Source: Cladosporium halotolerans (taxonomy: Eukaryota). Taken from it: 64,000 nucleotides of DNA. Location of the stretch: positions 124,001 through 188,000 of the forward strand of contig NW_027191483.1 of NCBI RefSeq assembly GCF_011745625.1. The letters run 5' to 3'. A program made the position numbers and the translations under genes. Positions 1 to 12,177 of this stretch are shown here, one piece after another (the stretch's first letter is position 1; each line of letters starts with the position of its first letter). The notes beneath the pieces were generated by a model that made no database searches, was not told the DNA's origin, and worked only from the letters and a program-made list of their open reading frames with translations.

Positions 1-3000
1 TCATCAAGGCTCCCCTCAAACATTGCTTGAGAGGCTTTCGCTTACGGAACCCTTCGAAGAGTTCGTCCGCAAGATGCTCAACTGTGATGCCAAAAAACGG
101 CCAAGTGCTTTCGATCTCTTGCCGGTCGAGTTCCTGCGAACCGAAGCGGCTGCAACAGAGACGACATTGGCTGTCGACAGAAGGGGAGATCGGTCTTCTT
201 ATTCAGGCCTGAAAAGCCCTCTGAAGCGTCGTTCCCGTCATGGTTCGTCGAACATGATGGAGCCTGTATCACGATATACCAATGATTTCACAGAAATTGG
301 TCGCTTGGGCAGAGGTGGGTTTGGTGAGGTCGTCAAATCTCGCAACAAACTTGATGGCGGTGTATATGCAGTCAAGAAGATCAGCCAGGCACCACAGCTT
401 GATAAGATTTTGTCCGAAGTCATGCTTCTGAACAGGCTGAACCACCCATATGTCGTCAGATACTATTCGACCTGGGTCGAGGAGACGCTACACGTGTTTT
501 CAGAGGAGGCTATGTCCACGACGGAGGAGACAGTTACCGAGGAGCCAACTGTAGACTCCGAAGACTCCGAAGACTCGGACGGGCCCCGATTCGAGTTTGG
601 CTATCAAAGCACCAGTGGCCTGGACTTTGTCAGCTCAAGCGGCTATCCTCACATCGAGTTTGGCGGGGATAGCGATTCCGAAAACAGTGCTACGAACAGC
701 GAATCCGACCGCGAAGGAGCTCATCTGAATGGAAGCTCGCAAATCGGCACGGACGTGTCGACCGCAGACAGCCGCCTGGGGCTGAGGAAGTCGCGTTCAG
801 ATCCTCGCAAGGCACAATCGACCTTGTATATTCAGATGGAGTACTGCGAGCGTCAGACGCTGCGAGATCTAATCCGCAAAGCTTCGCTTACCGAAGATGA
901 TTCCTGGCGATTTGTCCGTCAGATTACGGAAGGGTTGGCCCATGTGCACAGTCACGGTATCATCCACCGCGACCTCAAGCCTGATAATATCTTCATCGAC
1001 GTGGCTGGGAACCCGAAAATTGGTGATTTTGGATTGGCAACCACCAGCCAGTATCAGATCACAGACAAGACAATAGTCATGAGCGGCGCAACGGGAGGTG
1101 ACATGACGAGAAGCGTCGGTACCGCTCTATACGTGGCTCCTGAGTTGCGATCAGCGTCGGGAACGACGTACAATGACAAAGTGGACATGTACTCCCTCGG
1201 CATCATGTTCTTCGAGATGTGTGAACCTTTCGGCACCGCCATGGAACGCATTCGATCTCTGCAGGGAATCAGGGAGAAGGACCATGAGCTACCACCTGCA
1301 TACTTGAGCAGTGGCTCTAAAGCAGCCCAAGGCAAGCTCATAGAATGCTTAATTTCTCATAAGCCCAGCGAAAGGCCAAGTAGCACCGAGCTTCTTCGAA
1401 GCAACATTCTGCCGCTCAAGATCGAGGACGAGACGATCAGGCAAGCTCTGAGCGGCTTGTCGGATCCACGGTCGCCTTATCATCAGAAGATGATGTCGGC
1501 ACTGTTCTCGCACGACCAAGCAAGCAGCAGCAGGGTGAAAGCGCTCGCATGGGACGCCAAGGATCAATCTACCATCGAAAGCATGGCGAGAGTCCACATG
1601 CGAACCGTCGCGAAAGGCGTTCTTGAGTCTGTCTTTAGGCGACACGGTGCAGAGGAGATTCGGAGGGAAAATGTGTTCCCTCGCTCAGGCTTTTACAACT
1701 ACCCGAACGTCGTACAGCTCCTGGATGCATCTGGAAACCTTGTGCAACTACCGTATGATTTGACACTACCACACGCTAGGCAACTTGCCCGCAAAGAGTC
1801 TTCGCTGCGCCATGTCTTTACCTTCGACCGGGTCTATCGAGATACGTTTTCAGGCGGACCTCCAAGAGCGAACGAGGAGGTAGACTTTGATATTGTCAAC
1901 ATTGCTGGCAGCGATGACCAGTCACTAGACGACGCCGAAATCGTCAAAGTTCTCGATGAAGTGGCGCATGATCTACCTGGGCTGATGTCTTCTGGCACGA
2001 TCTGTTTCCATCTCAATCACGCAAGCATTCTGGATGCCATTTTGGAATCATGCAGAGTGCCCACAGCTCAACAAGCCGCTGTGAAGGAAGTCATCAGCAA
2101 GCTCGGATATCATTCGTTCACGTGGGCAAAGATACGTGCTGAATTGCGGTCCGCCGCCATAGGTCTTTCCATCACAGCCATTGACGATTTGCAGCAATTC
2201 GATTTTCGGGACACTCCTGAGAAGGCATTCAACAAGATTCGTTTGCTCTTGGATACCGCAGGATCGCGCCTACTGGGAAAGCTGGATAATGGCATCAGGT
2301 ACTTGAGAGAGGTGCTGCAGCATCTCAACCAATTTGGCATCTATCAGAAGATGTTTGTCGCACCCCTTGGAAGCTTCAATGCCAAGTTCTACGACAATGG
2401 AATGCTCGTGCAGTGCGTACACGAACGCAAGTCGAACCGAGATGTCATTGCTGCAGGAGGTCGCTACGACAGTCTGATCCAGGCGCAAAGACCCCCGAGC
2501 GCCACACACACCCCACAAGGTGCTGTTGGTGTTTCGATAGGCCTCGACCGCCTGGTTGCGAACATCCTCAAAAGCTCAAAAGGCAGCTCCAAGGTCTCGT
2601 CGCGTAGAGATACCAGCCAGCAGCAAGGCCCAGAAAAGCGGTGCAATGTCCTCCTGGTTGCAGGCGGCACCGATGGCGTGCGTGCCGCTGGCCTCAAGAT
2701 CTTGTCCTCACTGTGGGCAAATCATATCAGTGCCGAACTGGCGGTCGACGATCGCTCGCTTGAGAACGAGGATCAGTACCGCTTCGTGGTCACGCTGCGC
2801 CATGAAGCCTCCACCACCGTTAGAGTGCGTGGCACAGGCGACGATGCAAACGAGACCGATATACCAACCACCTCGCTCATCAGCCACGTTCTCCAAGAGC
2901 TCCGCGAACGGGAAGGTGCTAGACCCCGACACCCTACTCTCATGCGCCAGCCAAGCAGCCACCAGGAAGTGGAGCACAAGGGTAACGTCCAAGTGCTCAT

Positions 3001-3340
3001 GTCCCAGCACCGCAGTAAGAAGTCAAACAAGTATCATATCGTCAGCGCCGCAGAACGACAATGGGCGGAGAAGCTCGACGAGTGGAAAGAAGCGCCCATT
3101 CTCGCGATTGAGACCCGAGATGATGTTTTGGAGCTTTTGCGGGAGACGAAGCTGAGCGATCATGAGAGCTGGCGCAGGATGGTGCAGAGCGCGCAGTTGA
3201 ACGAACGACAGTATTTGATGCAAGTGCAGGAGATTCTGGCGGGATGGCGGAAGAAGTGGGCTGAGGGAGATGGTGCTAGGGAGGCATGTCTGTTCAACTT
3301 CAGGACAGGGCATTGTGTCTATTACGACGTAAGCTTGTAA
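1..3340 (+). CDS. GCN2: eIF2-alpha kinase GCN2 (5' part lies outside the window)
   Basis: Kinase motifs LGRGGFGEV, YAVKKI, LYIQMEYC, IIHRDLKPDNIF, KIGDFGLA, VGTALYVAPE with the acidic eIF2a-kinase insert. These are followed by a HisRS-like domain (LPYDLT, AAGGRYD, GVSIGLDRL) and a C-terminal dimerisation domain. The frame is open from the window edge. Confidence 0.96.
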   Translation, partial: HQGSPQTLLERLSLTEPFEEFVRKMLNCDAKKRPSAFDLLPVEFLRTEAAATETTLAVDRRGDRSSYSGLKSPLKRRSRHGSSNMMEPVSRYTNDFTEIGRLGRGGFGEVVKSRNKLDGGVYAVKKISQAPQLDKILSEVMLLNRLNHPYVVRYYSTWVEETLHVFSEEAMSTTEETVTEEPTVDSEDSEDSDGPRFEFGYQSTSGLDFVSSSGYPHIEFGGDSDSENSATNSESDREGAHLNGSSQIGTDVSTADSRLGLRKSRSDPRKAQSTLYIQMEYCERQTLRDLIRKASLTEDDSWRFVRQITEGLAHVHSHGIIHRDLKPDNIFIDVAGNPKIGDFGLATTSQYQITDKTIVMSGATGGDMTRSVGTALYVAPELRSASGTTYNDKVDMYSLGIMFFEMCEPFGTAMERIRSLQGIREKDHELPPAYLSSGSKAAQGKLIECLISHKPSERPSSTELLRSNILPLKIEDETIRQALSGLSDPRSPYHQKMMSALFSHDQASSSRVKALAWDAKDQSTIESMARVHMRTVAKGVLESVFRRHGAEEIRRENVFPRSGFYNYPNVVQLLDASGNLVQLPYDLTLPHARQLARKESSLRHVFTFDRVYRDTFSGGPPRANEEVDFDIVNIAGSDDQSLDDAEIVKVLDEVAHDLPGLMSSGTICFHLNHASILDAILESCRVPTAQQAAVKEVISKLGYHSFTWAKIRAELRSAAIGLSITAIDDLQQFDFRDTPEKAFNKIRLLLDTAGSRLLGKLDNGIRYLREVLQHLNQFGIYQKMFVAPLGSFNAKFYDNGMLVQCVHERKSNRDVIAAGGRYDSLIQAQRPPSATHTPQGAVGVSIGLDRLVANILKSSKGSSKVSSRRDTSQQQGPEKRCNVLLVAGGTDGVRAAGLKILSSLWANHISAELAVDDRSLENEDQYRFVVTLRHEASTTVRVRGTGDDANETDIPTTSLISHVLQELREREGARPRHPTLMRQPSSHQEVEHKGNVQVLMSQHRSKKSNKYHIVSAAERQWAEKLDEWKEAPILAIETRDDVLELLRETKLSDHESWRRMVQSAQLNERQYLMQVQEILAGWRKKWAEGDGAREACLFNFRTGHCVYYDVSL

Positions 3341-4371
3341 GACTTGAACGACGTATTGAGAAATGTGTTATGCCAATTATTGCTCCGGTCTGTGGTGCTC
3401 CGATTATGTTTCTCATTCTGTTGATGCGTTCAAGACAAGAGCGCACAGGCCAAGCGTGCACACAAATGGAAATATGACATGGCACGGGCTTGAACCTCAT
3501 GGAGCTTGACGAGAGCAATTGAAGAGAGACAGACCGACATTGCACACAGGTTTCAGCAGCAAAGAATCATTGATACCAAGCTAACTGACTTTTCACACGC
3601 CAAATGCAAATCAAAGGCAGCTTCCACGATTTGCGGATCAGGCCGGTGTTAGACGTTGCTTCGGTCGTGCAGGGCATAAACGTTCTTGACTTCAACTCTG
3701 GGTTGCATTGAAGCAATTCCTCCTGAACTCCCTCCCAACCGTCAATCAATGCCAGTCAAACAGTCGTAATAGGCAAGCCGTGAGTCGTAGCGCGAGGTCG
3801 TCAGCGCGGCGCAGCTTGTGGTCGCGTGATCGAGGTTGTTATGTGGTGGGTGCCGGAGTCATCGCAGGCAGAGAGGGGGCGAGTCGCTTATTTGCTGGGA
3901 GGCTGTTAGCATCCGATGCATTGGAGATCCAATGGAGCGTCAGATATGACTTACGATCTCGCTCTAGTCTTTCTTCTCTTGCGCTTCAGACGGCGAGTGC
4001 GCTTTTTCCTCCACTTCGCTCTCATCTTGGGCTCTGCAAAATCTTGTTAGTCATCGTGGACGGTCAACCTGCGGCATCCGCCATTGGGTTGAGCGTATAC
4101 GTACATTTGCTTTGGATGAGATGGGGTGAGAGAGAGAAGGACGGTCGTCTGCCAGAGCTCGAACTTACGTTTGTGCTCGCGGTGTGCGGGCGGGGCGTTA
4201 GCGGCTTGGCGGGGATTGCACGTGAGAGGCAGCTTCGAACGTCACTTGGTCGGTCGCCGACGGTCACTGGTCACTTCTCTCGGATTGGCTTTCACACGCC
4301 CCGAAGTAACGCAGCTTGTCGCAACCGAATCTCGATCATTCGACAGCTTCTAGGAGGAAGCTCCGTCGGTC

Positions 4372-6428
4372 ATGGCGGATGACGGTGCACGAGATCGCGC
4401 TGTAGCCCGACTATTACTTCATCACGTCGAAGATGCTCATCATCGTATTGCGTTGCCCATACCGGCAAATTCGGAATTCAATCTTGGAAGGGACCAAGTG
4501 AAGAACGCCTTGGGGATTGACGACGGTACAATTTCGAAACACCACTTGAAGTTTCACTGCGTCACATATGGAGATGACAATCTGGTCACGGTCCCTCCAA
4601 TGGTATATGTTCGTGTGCTTTCGCGCCATGGCGCGCATTTCTCAAACGCAGATTCTGAAGGGGGCAGTTCAACACGCCTTCTGACTCGCGAAGGACCATC
4701 GATCCTGCTCAACCACGGCGATACACTTCACATGTCTGGCAAAGTCATCATCGAATTCGACGCGCTCACAGAAAACACAGACGAGCAAATTGTGCTAAGT
4801 GACACGGTAGTTGCCGAAGCAAAGCTTTTCGAGAGACAGTACACGATGACTCCTCGAATGCTCGGAGCAGGTGGGTTTGCAAAGGTGGTCCTGGCGTTGA
4901 ATGTGAAATCTGGCCGCCAGGTCGCTTGCAAAATGGTGAGGATACCTAGAAAGCCGCCATTGCCTAGCTCAAATGAGTGGGATGCTCTCCCGGATCAAGA
5001 GACACTCGAGCAAGAAGCGGCTGCTTACGTGGCGTATCATCGCAAGAAGTGTCAAGATCTTCGTAGGGAATTCGAGATCCTCAAAGGCATCGATCATCCA
5101 AACATCATCAGACTCGAAAAGGCAATATACGCCGACAGCCGCGTCTACATCTTCCAGGAACTACTCAGCGGCGGTGATCTTTTGTCGTATCTCGAGAGGA
5201 AAGGCGGGCTTGACGAACCTGAAACAGCGGTCATGATCTACCAGGTTCTCAAGGCTGTAGACTACCTTCACCGGCTTAGCATTGTCCACCGTGACATAAA
5301 GCCCGAGAATATCATGCTGACCTCATGGCGAAAAGGCGCAAGGATTGTGCTTACCGATTTCGGTCAATCGAGAAGGATCAATGAAGATGATGCTGCCAGC
5401 AAGAACACCCAAACAGTCTCCCGCATGCACTCTGTAGTTGGAACTCGAGGATATGCAGCACCGTAAGCAAATTCCAGTCATATTGAGAGCGCCGCTGATA
5501 AAAAGATTTTAGCGAGGTCTATCTGAGAACACATGAATCTAACACCACCCACCAAAATGGATACAACGAGGCAGTTGATGTCTGGTCGATCGGATGCCTA
5601 GCTGGCACTTTGATCACAAACTCCTTCCTCTTCCCTCGCGATAGAAGTAACCAACCTCAAAACTCCACAGATGAGCGCGCCAACTTCTTGCCAGAGCCAT
5701 TCGAGCTAGATTTCTTGGACAACTCGCCCGAGTGGCAGCATGTCAGCCGTAAATGCAAATCTTTCGTCAAAGGCTGCGTCCAATTCGACGAATCTCAGCG
5801 TATGACAGTCGAGCAAGCTCTACGGCATTCATGGATAGCTCATCCAGGATACGCCGCAGCAATGGAAGCTGAATATGCTCGTGCCATCGCTGACTGGCGG
5901 CCTCGTACCAACAGCCAAAATCTCATCGAGAATGTGAAGACGCCATTGCCAGATGTTGTGTCATCTGTGAAGTCTGGCTACGCTGCTCAATTACACGACG
6001 AGGTCCGCTCGCATCACTTCCAGTCTCAGATGCCGACGTTCCCGAGTCAATTCAGATCGTTCGACAATCTGGCATACTTGGGGAGCCAGAATTCTCACTT
6101 GCGACTGCCTCCGATCGGGCAGACTGACCATATACCGACTGCGACTATGACTTGCTCGGTTGCGGGTGTCGATCCCGCAGCGTCTGGTAATTCTCATAGC
6201 GCTTTTCCCTTCAGCAACACTGAGACACCTCGTCGGGTCGATGATACAGCATCTTACCTGTCGATCCAAGACTATGAGCCACCAGAGTCATTCCAACCAT
6301 CTGGCCTTACCAGAACAGGCCTCGCAGAGCCGGATGAATACGGCCGGCGTATTGCCAAATCGATCTTCCCGGAAAGCCTTGTCACTACTGAGAAGACCGC
6401 TTTCTTGCGCAGGCAGATGCCAGCGTAA
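4372..6428 (+). CDS. MEK1: FHA-domain Ser/Thr kinase, Mek1/Chk2-like (probably the meiotic kinase Mek1); intron 5463-5512
   Basis: N-terminal FHA motifs (LGRD...ISKHHLKF, VYVRVLSRHG) precede kinase motifs LGAGGFAKV, QVACK, HRDIKPEN, LTDFG, GTRGYAAP|EV. A GTAAGC...TTTTAG intron joins ORF 4372-5466 to ORF 5610-6428 in frame. Confidence 0.8.
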
Positions 6429-6580
6429 GCTCGAAGAAACATTGTTGACGCCACTCCCGCTGCTACCAGGGCGTTTTCTGCGTTGAGAAGCTCTTGCTAG
6501 CTCACAAGTGAGGGAGACATTGCTGCCGTATTTGCTGATAATATTGTTTTATTTCCGTCTTCTATAATTGCTGATCGTAC

Positions 6581-7747
6581 TCATGCTTCATCCTCGTCTC
6601 CGTCTTCTCGCATCAGTGTGTCAGCATTTGCATCCTCGTCCATAGCTTCGTCACCTTCCTCTCCGTCTCGGTCATCTGACTCGTTCTTGTCGCCCTTTGC
6701 GCCTTTCTTATCTTTCGCGGTCTCTTCTCCTGTGGGGAACGATAGATGCTTCCAGTCCTCGATCTCCTCGATCACGCTTCTTAAACGATCCCTCACAGAT
6801 TCTACCGCGAAGCTTCCTAACAGTAGCCGCAAAGGAGGGAATCGACAGTGTCCTAATTGCCAAACCAGTTCTGCGCCTTTTACAGCACTAACAGGCTGTC
6901 GACCTGAGAGCCACTGCACTATCCTTCTAGCATGTCCGGCCGGGGCGGTTGGTGTGTTGTAAGGCTTGCTGGGTGGCTTGACGAAGAAATGACCGTACGT
7001 TTTTAGCTTGACGTCCTTCTCATCCAACGAGTCTGGAGCTTTGTCATCCAGTCCTGTTGATTCATCAAGCCTCATATGTCCCGGTTGGACTAGCGTGGCT
7101 TTGATGCCAAACGCATCAACCTCGTAGAGCATGCTCTCTATGAGTCCTTCGGTCGCGTACTTCGTTGCGCAATACGGGCCTAATCCAGGCACACCCAAGG
7201 CACCCGACGTCGACGAGAAGATCAAATATCGGCCAGCATTCTCTCCCTCTTTACGATCCGCCGCTTGCGCGCGAAACTGGGGCAGACTCAGCTGAATGAT
7301 ATTGAGCGTGCCCATGAAGTTGGTCTCGAACTGCGAGCGCAGGTCGCTGTCATCCTGGTCCTCGCATGCACCAATGACGCCGTAGCCAGTTGCGTTCACT
7401 ACGATATCAATGCGACCCCAACGCTCAATGCTGCTCTTGACGACGGCCGCGACAGTGTCGCGTACGCGCACGTCGCATAGCAGACCCAGGCACCGCTCGT
7501 GCCAGCCTTGCATTTGCGGCAGGGAGTTCTCATGCGTGCGCCCGACAGCTGTCACGCTGTCACCGTGGCTGAGGGCTTTCTTGACCAGCGAGCGACCGAT
7601 GTGGCCGGTTGCGCCGAAGACGATCCATACTTTGGGTGTAGGCGGGTTGGTCTCGGACGGAGGATCGGTGTTAGGCGGTAGCGACAGACGGTTTCCAGAA
7701 GGGTGGGAGGATGGTGAAGGAGGTGACTGTGGTGATTGTGCCGCCAT
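6581..7747 (-). CDS. Short-chain dehydrogenase/reductase
   Basis: Rossmann GATGHIG motif, RIDIVVNATG, and catalytic YCATK (YxxxK). Confidence 0.9.
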   Translation of the reverse strand: MAAQSPQSPPSPSSHPSGNRLSLPPNTDPPSETNPPTPKVWIVFGATGHIGRSLVKKALSHGDSVTAVGRTHENSLPQMQGWHERCLGLLCDVRVRDTVAAVVKSSIERWGRIDIVVNATGYGVIGACEDQDDSDLRSQFETNFMGTLNIIQLSLPQFRAQAADRKEGENAGRYLIFSSTSGALGVPGLGPYCATKYATEGLIESMLYEVDAFGIKATLVQPGHMRLDESTGLDDKAPDSLDEKDVKLKTYGHFFVKPPSKPYNTPTAPAGHARRIVQWLSGRQPVSAVKGAELVWQLGHCRFPPLRLLLGSFAVESVRDRLRSVIEEIEDWKHLSFPTGEETAKDKKGAKGDKNESDDRDGEEGDEAMDEDANADTLMREDGDEDEA

Positions 7748-8004
7748 TGCGGCTAATGAGCGAGGTCAATGCTACATGTCGTGGTTGCTAAACGAGGCCA
7801 GACGAGAACCGTTGGTCGGCGTTCGGGTTGTCGCATGGTAATCAATTCCAGCCGGACGCGGGGAGCGGCAAGGATGGATTTGATTGGAGACGTCATGGGA
7901 TCGGCGCCCGCATTTGATTGAAGTCTACTTGAAACGAGATGTAGCTGTACCTTGCAGGCGCAGCCTGCGATCGAATGGCCGTCTGATTGTTCCTCATCTG
8001 TGCC

Positions 8005-9486
8005 ATGTCGAGAGCCAAACTGCAGGCCGCGCAGAGTATGCACTTCGCTGTCCCCCAAAGCGACTCCCTGACCGCTGAGCTAACAGACCTCCCAGGCGCG
8101 CAACAGCAATATGGCCAACCCTCTTCGTCCGGAGGCTTCGCTTCAGGATTCCTTCTCGGCCAGCTCACTCTTGCCTTGATCCTCTTCGTCTTCATCAAAT
8201 TCTTCATTTTCGGCGAAGCTCCCAGCGCAGACGCTCGCGCGACTCAGCGCGCAGCAGCCCGCCGCCAGCGAACCCTCTCGCACAGCACTCGAGCACGAAC
8301 CCTCAGCTCCGCCCTCCGCCCTCAACCCAGCGCCGCCGTCCTCAAGCCTCGAGCCGAAGGTGGTCTCACGGTGCAAAAGATACTGGAGAAGACATACTAT
8401 AATGTACAGGGCCATCAGCCTGAGAGCCTGGACTGGTTCAATGTGCTGATCGCCCAGACGATCGCGCAGCTACGAGCAGATGCTGCCGAGGATCAGGCCG
8501 TGCTTGGGAGTTTGACACAGTTGCTGAATGGACCTAGTAAGCCGGACTTCCTGGACGAGATCCGGGTGACGGAAATCAATCTGGGCGAAGAATTTCCGAT
8601 CTTCAGCAATTGTCGAGTCATACCCGTGGACGAGCATGGTACTCCCATCAAGGAGCTAAGAGGGGATAGGGGGGAGCGTTTGCAGGCGAGGATGGACGTG
8701 GACCTGGGCGATGTCTTGACACTGGGCATTGAGACCAAATTGATGCTGAATTACCCTAAACCCTTCACCGCAGGACTGCCGGTTGCTCTGGCGGTTTCGG
8801 TGGTGCGGTTCTCTGGTACTCTCAGTCTTTCGTTCTCGCCCTCGTCACAGCCAAGTCCGCAGAACGAGGGACACCCTCTGAACCCGACTGGCCAATCACC
8901 AACGACGCTTACGTTCACTTTCATGGACGACTACCGTCTTGACTTGAGCGTGCATTCGCTTATAGGATCGAGAGCACGCCTGCAGGATGTTCCCAAGATC
9001 GCGCAACTCGTGGAAGACAAGATTCACGCTTGGTTCGACACACGATGCGTCGAGCCTCGTTTCCAGCAGATCGTGCTGCCCTCCCTCTGGCCAAGGAAGA
9101 AGAACACTCGAGGCGGCGAGAACCGCGAAAACAGCGAGTCGGTAGACAACACGTCTTCCGCCAACGACCAGGCCGTTACGGACACACCTACCATGGAGCC
9201 TCGGTCAAGGAAAGAAGGCAGCGTTGGAGAGACCATGGCCGAACAGCGAACAAGAGATTGGGCCGCAAAACAGGGCCCGCCCAGGCCAAGCAATGGCACA
9301 GCGACGCCCACGCCCGGAAAACGACAGGAAGGGCTATCTGAGCTCGAGCTTGCGGGCGCCGAGATGAGGGAAGCTGATGAAAAAGAAAGGAAACGACTCC
9401 AGAGACAAAACTCTACTTTGAATAGGACCGACAGTGACGGCTTGAGGATGAGGAGCGGCAACACCGTGCGTGGGACAGGCTCTTAA
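8005..9486 (+). CDS. MMM1: ERMES component Mmm1 (SMP domain)
   Basis: TM segment GFLLGQLTLALILFVFIKFFIFGE, then HQPESLDWFNVLIAQTIAQLR, LGEEFPIFSNCR, IGSRARLQDVPKIAQLV, LPSLWPRKKNTR. The start could be 8005 or 8038. Confidence 0.95.
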   Translation: MSRAKLQAAQSMHFAVPQSDSLTAELTDLPGAQQQYGQPSSSGGFASGFLLGQLTLALILFVFIKFFIFGEAPSADARATQRAAARRQRTLSHSTRARTLSSALRPQPSAAVLKPRAEGGLTVQKILEKTYYNVQGHQPESLDWFNVLIAQTIAQLRADAAEDQAVLGSLTQLLNGPSKPDFLDEIRVTEINLGEEFPIFSNCRVIPVDEHGTPIKELRGDRGERLQARMDVDLGDVLTLGIETKLMLNYPKPFTAGLPVALAVSVVRFSGTLSLSFSPSSQPSPQNEGHPLNPTGQSPTTLTFTFMDDYRLDLSVHSLIGSRARLQDVPKIAQLVEDKIHAWFDTRCVEPRFQQIVLPSLWPRKKNTRGGENRENSESVDNTSSANDQAVTDTPTMEPRSRKEGSVGETMAEQRTRDWAAKQGPPRPSNGTATPTPGKRQEGLSELELAGAEMREADEKERKRLQRQNSTLNRTDSDGLRMRSGNTVRGTGS

Positions 9487-9911
9487 ACCATGCTACGACT
9501 TGGTCTTTGTGAATTTAGCGAGGCGTTGGCGGCAGTCTGTATTACCCTGTGTACGTGCTCATGAGCTGTTGCATTGCATTCTGTGTGGTATTGCCATTTG
9601 ATACGTAGGTACAAAAGCTATTCGGCGCTGAAAGGCAGCTTCTTTGCCAGGTCTTAACTCTGCATTTGAATGCACCTGGATACAATTCCATTCGTCCGTG
9701 ACAGACTCCATTCGTCGTTGCCCGTTAAAGGGCCGTGATGCGTGACCTCTGGAAACCAATGCCTCGGCATGCCAGACCGTATCGAGGTTACAAACAAGCG
9801 TGACTAAACTTATCATGACTTGGCAGCGACACCGGCTATCCTGAAGCCGGCAGTTGAAGACACCTTGATGTTGACCCATACGTCGCTGCGTTCTAGAGAC
9901 AATACCAAAGG

Positions 9912-9920
9912 ATGACTCAT
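9912..9920. promoter_or_regulatory. Perfect Gcn4/CpcA (cross-pathway control) element ATGACTCAT upstream of HOM3
   Basis: Exact ATGACTCAT ~620 bp upstream of the aspartokinase ATG; a partial GAGTCA site lies at 10334. Confidence 0.55.
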
Positions 9921-10535
9921 CGACAGTTCCCTGACGGAATATCTCGCCAAAGGGTTACCGCATCCAAATCGGAATTGCCAGCTTTCTTTGGTGGGTTTGT
10001 AGAGCAATTTAGCCTCTGGCTTCACGGCAGAGGCACAGAGGGTTTGGTACCTGCCTGCATGCCGATCTGAGTCTATTCCATTGGTCTCAAAATGGGTGAT
10101 TCCGTAGCCGTGGGCGGGCATGAGGACATTTTGGGGAAAGTTCAAAGCCACAACTTCAGCAACCGCTCGTATTAAACCGTTTATGTGCATTCCGTACAGT
10201 GTCTCTCAATGGATTTAACGTCAGTTAAGAGCAGTGGATGTCGTTGCAAACGTTAAAGGTGGCGACCGTATCGTGCGTTTTGACATCGGAAAGCAGGTGG
10301 AGACAATTTTATGCGCTGGAGCCACCAGTCGCCGAGTCACGCCGATTCCATTCATCCAGACTGCCGCACTCTCTCCCCTCCACAAACCACACTCGCACCT
10401 GCACTATCCGTACTCAAAACATTCGCCGAAGTCACCGCTACCTCAGCAGTAAATTGTACCGCCGAACCAGCCACCGAAACCGCCTACACTGAACATACCA
10501 CCGACTTTTTCCCCACCATCCAAATCACATTCGCA

Positions 10536-12177
10536 ATGGAGTTCCAGATCAACAGAATACACCAGAAGGAGCAGGACCTGCCGACCGGCGGCAACTGGGT
10601 CGTTCAGAAATTTGGCGGAACCAGTGTTGGCAAGTTCGCGGTCAGCATCGCTCAGGACATTGTGCTGTAAGTGGGGGTCTACGAATTCTTGGAGGGGCTG
10701 CATGGCCGTTGGAATAGGTCTTGGACAAATACTGACTTCATGCCACAGGGCGAGCCTGAGCGAACACCGCACCGCCGTCGTCTGCTCTGCGCGCAGCACC
10801 GCGACTAAGAGCGAGGGCACCACCAACCGCCTTCTGCGCGCCGCGAGGGACGTTCTTGAGTCTGACTCACAGAAGTTTCGCGAGATCGTGGAGGCCATCC
10901 GTCTTGACCACGTCAAGGCTGGCCAGGATGCCATCTCGGGCGAGCCCATCCTGGATGAGTTTGTCCAGGCTGTCAACGCCGAATGCTTTCAGTTGCTGAA
11001 GATTCTGGAGAGCGCGCAGTTCCTCAAGGCTGTGACGAACCAAACGAACGACATGATCATCTCTGTGGGCGAGAAGCTCAGCTGCATGTACATGACGGCA
11101 CTGCTGAAGGACCGCGGTGCGAATGCCGTGTATGTCGACCTGAGCGACGTTATTACTTTCTCTCTGGTCGCCAAGGGCTTGGACGATGCATTCTACAGGA
11201 ACCTGGCGCTTGCGATCGCAGCGAAGGTCAATGAGCATGGAGATGATGCGGTGCCAGTCATCACTGGCTACTTTGGTGCCGTTCCCGGCGGTCTTCTGGA
11301 GAACATTGGTCGTGGTTACACGGACCTCTGCGCTGCTCTGGCAGCAGTTGGTTTGAAGGCCAAGGAGCTTCAGATCTGGAAGGAGGTTGACGGCATTTTC
11401 ACCGCCGACCCGCGCAAGGTGCCCACGGCACGTCTTCTTGATGCCGTCACTCCCAGCGAGGCCGCCGAATTGACCTTCTACGGGTCCGAAGTCATCCACC
11501 CTTTCACCATGGACCAGGTCATCCGTGCCAGCATCCCTATCCGGATCAAGAACGTGATGAACCCGCGCAACGCTGGCACCGTCATCTACCCCGATGTCGA
11601 CAACGGCGCCATCCGCATGAAGACCGGCCTCTTCCGTGACCGCTCTATTTCCAACCTGAGCCAGCACGACACGCCGAGGCGTCCAACCGCCGTTACTATC
11701 AAGCGCAGCATTACCGTGCTTAACGTGCACAGTAAGAAGCGCACTCGCGCCCACGGCTTCCTCATGTCCATCTTCAGCATCTTGGATAAGCACGGCCTGA
11801 GCGTTGACCTCATCTCTTCTTCCGAGGTCCACGTCTCCATGGCCCTGCACTCGGAAATCTCCCTGCTGTCAGGCCACAGCGAGGAAGAGCTGCGCATCGA
11901 GGACGAAGCCCTCAAGGGTGCGGTCGAAGACCTCGGCATCTGGGGTGACGTCGATCTCGTCCCCAATATGGCCATCATCTCTCTCGTGGGCCGCCAGCTG
12001 CGCAGCATGGTCGGTATTAGTGGCCGCTTCTTCAGCACGCTCGGCGAGCAGGGCATCAACATCGAGATGATCTCTCAGGGCGCCAGCGAGATCAACATCT
12101 CCTGCGTCATCGAGGAGCGCGAGGCCAACCGCGCCCTCAACGTCGTACACACGAATCTGTTTACGTTTTTGGAGTAA
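10536..12177 (+). CDS. HOM3: Aspartokinase; intron 10667-10748
   Basis: WVVQKFGGTSVGKF, GRGYTDL, IWKEVDGIFTADPRKV, AAELTFYGSEVIHPF, and two ACT domains ending SQGASEINISCVI. Confidence 0.97.

Noticed and set aside
3708..4382. 224-aa ORF upstream of the Mek1-like gene
   Set aside because: Non-ATG start, no domain, and promoter/UTR-like composition.
10867..11850. 327-aa antisense ORF
   Set aside because: Shadow of the codon-biased aspartokinase on the opposite strand.
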